Below the pieces are notes generated by a model. It had not been told where the DNA came from, searched no databases, and worked only from the letters and a program-made list of their open reading frames with translations. Source: Octopus bimaculoides (Eukaryota). Taken from it: DNA of 33,010 bases. The stretch covers positions 77,862,253-77,895,262 of the forward strand of contig NC_068991.1 of the NCBI RefSeq assembly GCF_001194135.2. The letters are read 5' to 3'. The translations under genes and the position numbers were made by a program. Shown here one piece after another: positions 19,465-30,724 of this stretch (within the stretch, counting starts at the first letter, position 1; every line of letters starts with the position of its first letter).

Positions 19465-20599
19465 GCCTGTGTGTTTTCTGTACTCTGGTTATTATTATTT
19501 TTTTGTCTACGTTTTGTTTGCAACGTCCTGTACCCAGATATGCATCTATATATACAGGTAGATGTAGGTATGCACATACATGTACGTATATATGCATATA
19601 CTCATTTATTATTTGTATTATATATATATACATGGAGACATGATTTTATACTTATTCAGAACAGATGCATAACACAAACCCAAACACACACACACACACA
19701 TATATATAGTTCTTGGGTAACTCTTATGTCCAACATATAAAATGTTACTGTAACACACATACACACACGCACACACACATATATGTGCTAAACTACAATT
19801 CGGTTTTCTATCTAACTATACACCCATTTATTGTTTGTATGTGTACTCTTATTTTAAACATATATTGTCGTTTAACAGCCCCCCCCCCGTCCCATTATTG
19901 GTAAAATAACTTAGTAACTATTCAACTCCATCGCATCGAATCTTTTACCAAAGTTTAACTGTTTGTATATTGTCCATCAGATATGTTTACACTATATGGC
20001 ACATCCACACACACGCACACACACACACACACAATGACAGCTGCTAAGCCAAAACTGCGAAGTCACTGTGGTCCTCTTGCATGTGAAAATTTATATCCAC
20101 TCTACTCTAAAGTATTGAGTGATCTTGTGCACAAACACACACACACACACGTATGGCAGAAAGATTTTGAACTTGGGTTCGGTTGCACCCCAAATTTATG
20201 GTTTACATTCTCGATCTATGTGGAACTTGGTTGCATATATTTCTATATAAACTTGTTTTTTGTTACATACATTAATATATTATATATAACCGCGTGTGTG
20301 TGTGTGTAACCTATTGCACGAAATACTTCCGTTTTGGAAACCATAAAGCACTTTATTGGCTTATGTAATGCATCATACCTAGAATGCTTCTTATGCTGTA
20401 CCGTTATTGGCACCAAGTAATTCTAGCTGTTTACCAATCAACACCTTTCTTTGTGGTTTCCCTTCATTTTTCTGTCTCTTTCATTCTACAAACCTTTGTT
20501 TAGAACAGAATTTCTGAGGGGCAAAGAAAATAAAAATGAATAACGAGATTGGTTGTGAAATATTTCTTTACTGATACATCTTGGTTGTCAGGGAACCGT

Positions 20600-20760
20600 T
20601 AAAGGGCTGTTCGACCTCCTAGAAATAGTACATCTACCTGTCTTCCCTCATGTTGGTCTTCTATATTGTTGTCTATCATTAGAAAGAATGAAAAACGGAT
20701 GAAAATAATAGAATGGGTCTACTCGGTCAGAACTGAGCTTGGGTTAAACAACTAAATTTA
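20600..20760 (+). repeat. Dispersed repeat segment (GACCTGCTAGAAATAGCAGCCAAATC-like), also at about 2820-2890, 6525-6590 and 21320-21390
   Basis: Four diverged copies of CCT(G/C)CTAGAAA(T/C)..CAG..AAATC are visible in the window; probably a SINE 3' region. Confidence 0.5.
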
Positions 20761-21227
20761 CTTGGTCTTCGATATCTTGTACACGCACCTCTGTTTGTCG
20801 ATTAAAAATGAATATTTTTTTATTTAAATACGAAAAAGAAAGGGAAAGCAACAGGGATCATTGGTTGAATAAAAGACTCAATACATGTGTAGAGTTTCAT
20901 AGTTACTATAATTCCAGTGAGTGTAACTTCGAAGTTTCGCCCGGTGCGCGGCTTATCCACGAATTCTATATGCATAAAATACATATGTGTGTTTGTGTGT
21001 ATTAGTTATGTCTATAGTAAATAAATTGTGAGGCTCTCTCTCTCTGCAGAACAAACAACCAGTTTCACGTGCTATTGACCCGCTCATCAGACTTGTTCGA
21101 TATATTTCACCCACCGTGGGAAATCTTCGTCGTAGGTAGGAAATATTTTAGAGGGCAATTAAGAATGAATTATTGTTGCTGTTGCTTATGTTCGTGTTTT
21201 TGTTAATTCTCGTATGGGAACTGTATA

Positions 21228-21278
<51 letters not shown>

Positions 21279-22852
21279 TGAACAATTTCTAAATCTACCT
21301 GATCAATGTAGACTCTTTGAGGTTGCTGGGCCTGCTAGAAACTGCAGGCAAATCACCCTATAATCGTATCTTCCCTTCAGAAAGAACATAACCACCAGAA
21401 GTTATTCTTAATTGCACCAAGATTATGCACCTGCGACAAACAAGCTGCTGGCCACAAACTGAAGCTCGCTAGTTTGACGAAGTGGAACTGTTACGTTATA
21501 TACGAGGGACCTGTTTATTTGGAACGTGGTCAGATCATTTACAATAAAGAATTCTAGGGCTTGACCCGAGTCTCAATATCTCAATACGTTAAAGAAAAAA
21601 ACATATTGACACCGAGACCTCTGTGTGTGTGTGTGTCCTTTATAAACTCATGAATTGTGTATTAGTTTTCTTTTTTGTGTGTGTGACTGCGTATTACAAT
21701 ATGTTTGAAGTTTCAGAGTAAATTATGTCGAACGATGTACCCCCGAAGTAAGGTCGCAACATGGCAAGAAGTATATGCAAAGCTCTGTTCCTCAATATCA
21801 GCAGCATTGCCTTCTTGTCTCTCTTTCTTTTCTTTGTAGATACCTTTGATTGAGAAAACTATGAACATTACATAACTTCACTCTCCCCCTCTTCCATCAC
21901 TTAGTATGAGTAATGCAAACTTTGAAATTCAGCTGATTGATTGTACATACAACCGTTTGGAAGTCTTTTAAAAGTGTTTTTTGTGGTTTAATGTGTTTGT
22001 GTGATTGATGTGTGATGAGGTAATGTCAAATGATAAATTGCAAGTTAACTTTCGAACCGTCATTGTTTGCAGTTGTCTTCTAAAGACCTCGTAGAACTCT
22101 GCCTGCTGATGCGTCATTTCACACACACACACACACACACCTATAAATACACACAAATATTTACGAGTTTTTTTTTTTTTTTGTTTTTCTTCGCAAGACA
22201 CACGAACAAAAGTACATCATTTCAGATAGCAGACAGACAGACATTAACGTACATGCAGGTTAAAAAAAAAGATAATGAAATAAAAGCTAAATGTATCACA
22301 ATTCAGTTATCTTTATTTTGGTCGTTGTAGTGCACTATAAGATTCTGTCTTGTTAACCAGCTCCCATTATCAATTTCCAATTAGAGCCATTTCCTCGTGA
22401 CACCAGAAATTTTCTTAGTGCATACACAAACTTCATGGCTTCTTAATTCAAATTTCTCAAGCTTTGGGCTTACATAACTACAGTATTTAATGTAAACTGC
22501 AAAGTCATCATAGGTGTCTTCAATATACATATAAATATACTGCATGACAATATTTGTTTCAGTGTTTTATAAATAACTTGTTGCTGTACCTGGTGGAAAT
22601 AGTAACCAATTTTCCCTCCTATTGTTGTACTCTATTGTCACGAAAAAGGAAAACAGTGACAGTGGATAATAATCATCTAAATCATAATTTTTATAGTCGC
22701 CCTTTCGCACGGCTTCCATCACTTCTACCCAGGCCTTCTTGAGTCTTCTGTTTGCACAGTTTTCTTCCATTTGGATCTCCTGGTACTTCTTTGCCATTCT
22801 CTCATCATCCATACGTAATGTGCAGCAACAGAATGACCAGTTTGAAAGATAG

Positions 22853-22854
<2 letters not shown>

Positions 22855-22910
<56 letters not shown>
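22855..22910. repeat. (TA)n microsatellite; others at about 18890-18950, 19405-19458, 21225-21266 and 31195-31233
   Basis: Direct observation. Confidence 0.95.
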
Positions 22911-22911
<1 letters not shown>

Positions 22912-22950
22912 TAGCCTAAGCAGTCAACGTTGCTCGGAAGTTTAAAGAAT
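22909..22950 (+). mobile_element. Possible 5' end of a Helitron-associated non-autonomous element
   Basis: (TA)n-ACTAGC...CGTTGCTCGG start motif, with a similar motif TACTCACTGAAATACCTGATGTTGCCCGAG near 31806. No 3' end was identified. Confidence 0.25.
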
Positions 22951-23348
22951 GTTAGAGGAAATATATATATTTATTCTGATAAAAAAGATATTTTCAGAAA
23001 AATTCTATCAGATGACGTTATTAAAACAAATCCTGAAATCAATCACAGATTAATTTTGTAGAACTTCTAAATATACAATGTTTTCCGTGTGTCCTTTAAT
23101 TGGAATACCAATTAAATGGTACCATGTTGTAAATTCTTCTCTGTTTTCTTGTTAATTTCTACTTTTGACAGTTGAGGGAATCCTGTGCAGTCAACTGAAA
23201 ACTTTGTTTTCAAATAAGTGACCAAGCTGTACCTTGTTACCTTTCATAAATTTTAAACAATTATCAATATTTGTCATGGGTTAATGTCTACATGTACATT
23301 TTTCTCATTCATTTCATTAAACATAACCATTTTATTTTTAATTTGCAG

Positions 23349-23489
23349 ATATGTACGTCTTTATGGCCTCAAATTCTCCAAAGAAGACCATATCCATTTG
23401 ATTAAGCTGTTATATGAGTTGCTTCTAATCCCACACAATGAATTTGCCATTTCAAACAAATTTGCGCAAGCTATCAACAAACTCCTAAA
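23349..23489 (+). CDS. PSME4: PSME4 coding exon 2 (141 nt)
   Basis: Acceptor tttgcAG at 23347-23348 and donor GTAAGT at 23490. Encodes (R)YVRLYGLKFSKEDHIHLIKLLYELLLIPHNEFAISNKFAQAINKLL(K), versus PSME4 YIRLYGRKFSKEDH..FIKLLYEL. In frame with exon 1. Confidence 0.96.
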
Positions 23490-24110
23490 GTAAGTGCCCA
23501 GAAATTTATCATCTTCATCTTCGTCATCACCATTTGATGTCCATGTTTCATGCTGGCATAGATTGAACTGTTGTATATTGTTAATTTTTTTTCTAATTTA
23601 TACATTTGTATTTTTCAGCTGATGTTTAATTAAAATCAGATGTTTAATTAAAATCAGATTCAGGTGTCCTTCAAATGGGTTTCCAATGGCTCACTACCTC
23701 AAAACCAACAGCTAATATTTTATACGTCTTCATTTCTCTCCTCACGCCAACCACATGATTAATGTTGAAGTGACCACCACAACTGTGCAATGGATATAAC
23801 TTCTTCACAAGTACAGTGTCTAGGTGTCCATGCATTTGCCTTTAACTGCAGTTGGTTCTTCGCTGTCCAGATGTAGCCAGGTTTTCTCATGACGATGCTA
23901 GATTGACTTTGTCATGCAGAAACTAGACATTTTGCTTTTCAACTCCAACAGACACAAGATTCTAGAGTAGCCCTGAATACTTGGTTTGTGCCTGTGTTGG
24001 CCCGATCGCATCAACCTACTCTTAGCTTACTATTTTGTGGGTCAGTCCATCTGTTACAACAAAAACACAAGTGGACCACAGTATGGTGGTGAAATATATT
24101 AGAAAATTAA

Positions 24111-24230
24111 ATGCAGGCTGACTTCAGGGTCTTGAACCTCACAGGAATGGTGACAAAGGACCAAGAAGACTGGCAATATGAAGGTCTCAGCAAGACTCAT
24201 TCACCTCAACAAAAGCTGAGTTTCAGTTGA
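24111..24230 (+). mobile_element. RTE-type LINE C-terminal fragment
   Basis: Encodes MQADFRVLNLTGMVTKDQEDWQYEGLSKT, resembling the RTE end (..DL..L.L...M..DR..W..AV..KT). Followed by pyrimidine-rich 3'-UTR-like sequence. Confidence 0.4.
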
Positions 24231-25174
24231 GCTGTGTGTACAACTGGGCCCTTTGTCCAGTTTCCTTCTTTCTCATCACTTACCTAACTATGGCCCTTCC
24301 TTCATACTGCTTATTTTTTCTTACTACCCATAACTTATCCATCCCTCATCTATTAATACTTTTCTCTCCACACAAACACTTTCATTGATTTCCTCCTCCT
24401 CCTCCTCCTCCACCTCGTCAACACTCTATCCCTCCCCATCCTCCGCATGCATTACACCTGCCTCTCTCTTCTACTCCCACTCCTTACCCATCATCATCCC
24501 TCACTTTCCCTTCTCTTGTCTACTGCTTCATCATTGCTGTTCCTCCCAATCCTCTTGCCCTCTCTTCTAAAATCTGGATAATGTGTAGACCCTCTGCAGC
24601 AAAAGACCTGTCTTGCTCTTGCCCCTTCCCTGATACACTCACTCTTCAACTCCTCGCATAAAGTTGCTCCTCCCACCCCAGTCCATGGTCTAGCAAACTA
24701 CAAAATAACCCCACTAGTGCTGGTGGCCTGAGAAAAAAATAGAAAAAGAAACAGCCAGTACATGGTGTAAAGTGGTTGGGGTTGGGAAGAGCATTTGGCT
24801 ATAGAAACCATACTAAACACCTCTTTCTTATAAAGGGTCCATCATTTGAAACATTGCTGGTTACCACTTTTATTAGGTGTTCCACCAAAATCATTCCTCT
24901 AATTAATATTAAGCATTAAGAACCAAAACACTGCAATTAGGTAACATTTAATCAAATGGATTACTCTAATGTTACCACTAATTGTAAATATTTCTTTCTC
25001 ATCCTTCACCATATTACTCAAAACTTAATTTCAATGACCTAATAATAACCCCTGAATTCTTTCTTTATTATTTCTCAATTGCTGTACGTTTTATGATTAT
25101 TTTTGTATACCCTATATGTACCTAATATCATTTTAGTCTACCTAATATAAATTTTTCTCTCCTTTTCATTTCAG

Positions 25175-25291
25175 GAAACAAAGTTTGTTGTCTCCTGAAG
25201 ATCTGACCTTACCATGGAAACCTCTCTACGATTTCTGTCTGACTATATTTGACAGCCCTTATGAAAATATAGGACTACACTTTTTCTCTGA
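25175..25291 (+). CDS. PSME4: PSME4 coding exon 3 (117 nt)
   Basis: Acceptor ttttcatttcAG at 25173-25174 and donor GTAAGT at 25292. Encodes (K)KQSLLSPEDLTLPWKPLYDFCLTIFDSPYENIGLHFFS, versus PSME4 KKELLSR.DL.LPWRPLYD. Confidence 0.95.
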
Positions 25292-25428
25292 GTAAGTTTG
25301 TAGTGAAAGTTTATTCCCAGTAATTTTATTTCATTAAACAGTTGTTGTAAATTCTTTGAACCTATCAGTTAGGTTGTGCAGTTTATGAAAAAACTCTTAA
25401 AGAAATCCAGTGTAACACCTGTCAGGTG

Positions 25429-25551
25429 TCAAAGTGATTGGAGAGCAATGTGAGATGAAGTGTTTTGATTATGAACACAGTTCACCGCCCTGTCCTGGAA
25501 TTGAAATCACAATCTTGTGATAGTAAGCACGACAACATAACAACTAGGCTG
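25429..25551 (-). mobile_element. CORE-like SINE, diverged
   Basis: GATGAAGTGTTTTG...AACACA...CCTGGAATTGAAATCACAATCTTGTGAT...ACAACTAGGC; homologous to 30417-30619. Confidence 0.55.
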
Positions 25552-25734
25552 TATGCCTTCACATTTTTACAAGTTGCCCCAGGTTAAACATCATGGAATT
25601 ATATTGCCATATCCAAAGTGTTGGTCTGAGTCACACTTTATTGTATAATTGATGTTTTGATGGTAGCCGTCCTGTGTTTTTTGCAATATAAAAGGATGAA
25701 AACCTGTTCAATTTTAGGAATAGATAGCCTAGGC

Positions 25735-26100
25735 GTGGTTTTGTAGTTGGAAAGTTTGCTTCCTAACCACATGACTTCAGTTTCTGTCCACTTGTGTAGC
25801 ACCTTGGGCAAGTGTCTTCTCTTATAGCCCCAGTCAATCAAAGCCTTGTGAGTGGATTTGGTAGACAGAAACTGAAAGAAGCCTGTTGTGTGTGTGTCCC
25901 CTTGTCTTGACATCATGTGATGGCTGTAATTGAGTATCATTCATTTCAAATGTTCTGTAAAACAATGTCTGGCCGTGGGGAAATATTATCTAGCTTGGAA
26001 ATAGATAAAGGTTGCTGACAGGAAAGAAAATCTGCTTCAGTAAGTTCTGCCCAACCCATGCAAGCATGGGAAAATAGACATTAAAACGATGATGATGATG
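25735..26100 (+). mobile_element. SINE family B head with the family-C-type (ATG)n tail (variant B')
   Basis: CACCTTGGGCAAGTGTCTTC...GAAACTGAAAGAAGCC, (GT)n, then CCCATGCAAGCATGGGAAAATAGACATTAAAAC(GAT)n. Confidence 0.8.
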
Positions 26101-26248
26101 GGGTGGGCTTTGTTGAAGTAAATTTAGATGTGGCATGATCAGACGGAATAAGCTTGGAGAAGTTTAGTCACGGACAATTTCTCTACATGCAATTTTTTAA
26201 TCTTTGTTCTGTGGCCTCGGTCATCTCGGTAGAAAATTTTATCAGAGG

Positions 26249-26618
26249 TCATCATCATCATCATGTCTACTTTTCCATGCTTGCATGGGTCGGATAGAAT
26301 TTATTGCAGCCAATTTTCTATGGCTGGATGCTGCCCTGTCACCTACTCTCACCTAATTCTTCCCTGTTGCTGGACATGTTTTCATAGAAAGTGGAACTCA
26401 AAGGATTCCACTTGTACGATGGTGACTCTCATTTTACAGCCACCATGCAAGGTCAAAACAAAGAGACATAAACACACACACACCATCATCATCATCATCT
26501 ATTTATTCCACTCACAAGGTTATTGTAGAAGATACTTGCCCAAAGCGCCATCCAGTGGGATTGAACATGGAATCATGCCATTGGGCAGCAAACTTCTTAA
26601 CCACCCAGCTATGCCTGC
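26249..26618 (-). mobile_element. SINE variant B', antisense
   Basis: (CAT)n-GTCTACTTTTCCATGCTTGCATGGG at the left end and CCACTCACAAGG...GATACTTGCCCAA...CTTAACCACCCAGC at the right end. Confidence 0.75.
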
Positions 26619-26749
26619 AGCTTTCTGTATTCATGGAAAAAAACAAAAAAAGGAATTAATTCGTTTTGCTTTTTGTGTAAATTTTAATTTTTTTTCTCCT
26701 TTTGTTTTATTTCTTTTTGTCTAATGGCTTCCTTGTTATTTTATTGCAG

Positions 26750-26794
26750 TACCATTGTTTCAACAGTCAAAGATACAATTCACAACTGTCGCAC
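26750..26794 (+). CDS. PSME4: PSME4 coding exon 4 (45-nt small exon)
   Basis: Acceptor ttattgcAG at 26748-26749 and donor GTGAGT at 26795. Encodes (D)TIVSTVKDTIHNCR(T), corresponding to PSME4 SVEN.LKTLVKSCRP. It preserves the frame between exons 3 and 5. The ORF track does not call it in this frame. Confidence 0.88.
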
Positions 26795-27086
26795 GTGAGT
26801 ATGATTCTCCTCCTCCTCCTCCTCCTCCTCTATATTTTCTTTCGACTCTTCATGCAGTTCTCGTTTGAGTTAGTATTTAACTCTTCAGTCTGCCAGGATG
26901 CAGCCTGTATTTGCTCCTGGTTGCACACAGGCCTGGGCAAGGTTTGTGGAAGAGGACTGGTGTGTTTATCCAAAGACACTGCTTGTATGACATTGACACT
27001 CATCTACAACTATCATGTGATGCCAGAACACAGATAAACAAACATTCACCATTGCCCTCCCCACCTCCAGTGTATAGCATCAGCCT

Positions 27087-27304
27087 CATCATCATTTAAC
27101 ATCCGTTGCTCATGCTGACATGGGTTGGACAGTTGACAGAAGCTGGGGAGCTGCACTAGGCCCCAGTCTGATTTGGCAGGGTTTCTACAGCTGGATGCCC
27201 TTCTTAATGCCAAACACACAAAGTGTGCCTGGTGCTTTTACGTGGCACTGGACATGTGCTCTTATGTGACACCAACATGAGTGCTTTTCACATGGTACCA
27301 GCAC
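27087..27304 (-). mobile_element. SINE family C, antisense
   Basis: CATCATCATTTAACATCCG...CCAGTCTGATTTGGCAGGGTTTCTACAGCTGGATGCCCTTC...GGTGCTTTTACGTGGCAC. Confidence 0.8.
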
Positions 27305-27863
27305 AGGATTCTTGTAGGCCAATCCTCTTCAGCAAGGAAGCAGCCTTAACACTTCTGCTGTGGACTACTTATATATATGTGTGAGTGTATGAGTGACTAT
27401 TTTCTTTCATTGATCTCTTGGAGAACGAACGATAAATTTGACTTTTGTTGGATTTGTGTCAGAATGTACAACAAGGATTAATAAGCAAAATGGAGAAGAT
27501 AAAAGCCTGATTTATTTTGTGAGGATATTTCTTTTTCAAATAACTGTTGGTGCTGAAATACGTTATTTCCATTCAACTATATTGAGGTTGACCTCACTGG
27601 TGCCATGTAAAATGCATTCACCCAGGACACTCTGTAAAAATTGAAAAAACACATTATTTATGGGATGACCCAATATATTTGAAAGAGCAGACACTTTTGT
27701 GGTCATGATAGAAAAAGTTAAAAGAGAAAACTCTGTGTGTGGTAGCTACATGGTTATAGCATGTTGAGTGAATCCTGGCCTTCTTTTGGATGTGGTCTAT
27801 GGCAGAGTTTCTAATGGGGATAGACACTCGAGTGAGACATGGGCTATGCTTTATAGAATCAAA

Positions 27864-28241
27864 AGGTATGGCTGAGTGCTAAAGAAGTTAACTTTCCAGT
27901 CATGAGGTTTCAGGCTCAGCACTTTGGGCAAGTGTGTTCTGTCTACAAAATCCACCTTGGGAAAGGATTTGGTTGACAGAAACTGAAAGAAGCTTTTGTG
28001 TGTGTGTGTAGTCTTCGTCTTGACATCATATGATGCTTGTAAAGTGCATACTGTCATACAAACACTGCCATTCCTGTGAAATATTCTGTGAAAAGTATGT
28101 CTGGCCATTGGGGAAATCTTACATTGCTTGGAAACAGATGAGGGTTGGTGACAGAAAGGGCATCGAGTCATAGAAAATTTGCCTCAACAAATTCCATCTG
28201 ACTCATATAAGCATGGAAAATTGGATGTTAAAATGATGATT
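27864..28241 (+). mobile_element. SINE variant B'
   Basis: CACTTTGGGCAAGTGTG...GAAACTGAAAGAAGC, (GT)n, then GAAAGGGCATC...AAGCATGGAAAATTGGATGTTAAAATGATGAT. Confidence 0.75.
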
Positions 28242-28651
28242 AAACTTCTTAAGGTTTTTTTGGTTTAATATAGTAAAGGAAGAAGAATTATCTGAATACA
28301 AGCTGTTGTCTTGTTAATGGGTAAATAATTTCAGTCATATTTTTTTCACTTGGCGATGGCCTGGTTTTTGTTGGTTCAAAAACTACTGTTCTCAGATGTC
28401 TATCAGCGAAATAAATGAGAGAAATAATCACTTCAAAAGTTATATATGTTGTATTCTGAATATATTCCTTGTGTCAAGTTTTCTCTGCTGAAAATATTTA
28501 CCCTGAGTAATAAAGTGACCGTTGTACTGCCTTAAAATATTTCTCCTGAGAAATACAAGATGACCGTTGTACTGCATTTTGTATTCTTTTTTTTCAGTTG
28601 TTCGTTATGTTTGTGTTTAAATATCTTTTTGTTTTGTTCTCATTTGAACAG

Positions 28652-28801
28652 TTACTTTCCATTGGAATCTACTGAAGAAATGATGCAGCTATGGCGACCC
28701 CTTTTCTGCCCCTTCGACAACATTGTATACAAACCCCTAAACTGTATGCAGCACTTCCTGCCTACTATGATTTCACCAGAAAATCACCATAGAGGATTTA
28801 A
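28652..28801 (+). CDS. PSME4: PSME4 coding exon 5 (150 nt)
   Basis: Acceptor gaacAG at 28650-28651 and donor GTATGT at 28802. Encodes (T)YFPLESTEEMMQLWRPLFCPFDNIVYKPLNCMQHFLPTMISPENHHRGF(K), versus PSME4 YFP..AT.EML.EWRPLMCPFD...FLPT..PPE.HHKGFK. Confidence 0.96.
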
Positions 28802-28859
28802 GTATGTTTTGTCTTTTCTTTGATTTTCCACTTTTTTCTTTAGCTGGGGTAGCCACATA

Positions 28860-29134
28860 TTTCTTGTACAGCAAGACGCTTGTTCCCATCCTTCTTTCTC
28901 AGTTCAGCCTCTCTACACCTGGCACAAAGCCATCTCCCTCAATACTGCAACCCTGCCCTGTCTAGAGATCTTGTCTTGTGACCTTACAGTTGCTGGTGCC
29001 ACAAAAACACACCCAGTACACTCTGTAAAGTGCTCGGTGTTAGAAAGGGCATTAGAATGCCATAGAAACCTTGCCTGGATCCTGTTGAACCATCCAACCG
29101 ATGCCAGCATCAAATACAGATGTTAATGATGATG
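28860..29134 (+). mobile_element. SINE family C, diverged
   Basis: GCTGGTGCCACAAAAACACACCCAGTACACTCTGTAAAGTG...AGAAAGGGCAT...GCCAGCATC...GATGTTAATGATGATG. Confidence 0.7.
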
Positions 29135-29245
29135 GTTTCAATAATTAAGAGATTTCTGGATATTTTATGTCATTAAAAAAATTACACATATTTTTGTAAC
29201 TTTTTTTTTTTTTAGAATTTTTAACCCCCTCCCACATGGGTTCTG

Positions 29246-29390
29246 ATGTGGCAGTGTGATTAAGAAGTTCCTTTGCTATCAAAGGTTTCCATGGTTTGCA
29301 ACACTTTGGGAAGTTTTTTATGCCATAGCCTCAGGTCAGCCCAAACCTTAAAAAAAATTGGGTTGACAGAAAGTGCTTGAAAGTCTTTCA
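29246..29390 (+). mobile_element. SINE family B head, heavily decayed
   Basis: GTGGCAGTGTGATTAAGAAG...CACTTTGGGAAG...ATAGCCTCAGG...GTTGACAGAAAG. Confidence 0.5.
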
Positions 29391-29904
29391 GATGAATTGT
29401 CTTGCATTCGATGGTTTAATACCACCATCATCTGGCTCTCGGGTTTTCTTAGGGAAGTTCACTATGTTGAAAGCATTTGGATGAGGTTTCTGGCAAGAGG
29501 ATGACCCAACTGTAACGACCTATGAAGTCCTGAACTATAAAAGGTGATGGGCACTGTTCTTTCTCCTCTGACTTCTGTCTGGACATAAAAAACAATAAAT
29601 GGTTGAGTCATCCAAACATTACTGTAAGCATAACTGTGTTTGCTTCAATCTGTTTAGTTTCATTGTTGGAGGGGTGTCCAGATATATAAATACAATTCTA
29701 CCATTATTATATAGCCGTTCATTCATGTTGATATGGTGAAACAGGAAAACGATGGAAACCATTATAGCCTATTTCATGTCTGTCTCTTTTAGTGCCAACA
29801 TTGGTAGAATTATGTTTGGGAAAATTTTAAATGGCAAAAAAACCAAAAAAAAAAAAAATTGAATATATTTTTGAGTGTGTTGTATGTTGGCACAATGCTT
29901 GAAA

Positions 29905-30030
29905 TTAAATCAACCCAGCAGGAAGAGTTAAACCTCAGCAGGATTTGAACTTAAAAGTATAAACAGCTGTTAGAAATACTGCAAGGTATTGTATTAATCC
30001 CTCCAGCGATTCTGCCAATTCACTGCCCTG
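29905..30030 (-). mobile_element. SINE family A, heavily CpG-decayed
   Basis: GGATTTGAACTTAAAA...AAATACTGCAAGG...AGCGATTCTGCCAATTCACTGCC. Confidence 0.55.
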
Positions 30031-30416
30031 AATATCTCAGATAAATTACAATTAGTAATTATGGAACTGTAATTCTTCAAGGTTTTTTTGTTTCTCATAT
30101 TTTGAATGACTTAAATAAAGACTGAATATTCTCTAAATATTTACAAACCAAATTGAAAGTAAAATGGGGACACCCTTTACCTGTGTAGGCCCCAGTGTGG
30201 TCAGTATAGAGGGTGTGCATGTGCTGGGGTTGTGATTGAACAGATGAATTTGTTATTTCATTCAGGACCCTCTGTTTTCCATTATGCCAGACAAAAAAAA
30301 CAAAAAAGAAAGGGCCGGAAAAAATTTTTCCATTTGTATTGTTTTCTTTTTGTTAATTTTTGTGTTTCACCATTTTCCTTTTTGGTTAGTCTGCATTACT
30401 CTGTAAGGAGCTTAGG

Positions 30417-30619
30417 GCCAGTTTCACTGGCATATATATATTTATTCCTCCCTGGGCTGGACACCAATTCATCTCAGGATTACTCATTTTTACCAGTGGA
30501 GTGGAGCAACGTGAACTCAAGTGTTTCGCTCAAAAACACAATACATCACCCAATCCAGGAATCGAAACCACAATCTTACTATCATGACTTCAACACCCTT
30601 ACCACTAAGCCATGCACCC
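30417..30619 (-). mobile_element. CORE-like tRNA-derived SINE
   Basis: AAGTGTTTCGCTCAAAAACAC...CCAGGAATCGAAACCACAATCTT...ACCACTAAGCCATGC is a reverse-complemented A/B-box head plus a CORE-like block. Confidence 0.65.
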
Positions 30620-30663
30620 TTTTAGAAATTATTAACTAAGCTATGTTTCTATGTGTATTGTAG

Positions 30664-30724
30664 AATATGGTTTGATGAAATCATGTCGCTTTGGACAACC
30701 TTAAACTCTTCTGGATGTGAATAT
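30664..30724 (+). CDS. PSME4: PSME4 coding exon 6 (61 nt); the gene continues beyond the window
   Basis: Acceptor tattgtAG at 30662-30663 and donor GTAAGA at 30725. Encodes (K)IWFDEIMSLWTTLNSSGCEY, versus PSME4 LWFDELIGLW. Ends in phase 0. Confidence 0.9.

Noticed and set aside
23621-23659. 18-bp tandem duplication GATGTTTAATTAAAATCA x2; similar small duplications at about 11338-11375 and 6345-6372
   Set aside because: Ordinary slippage duplications in intronic or decayed repeat DNA.
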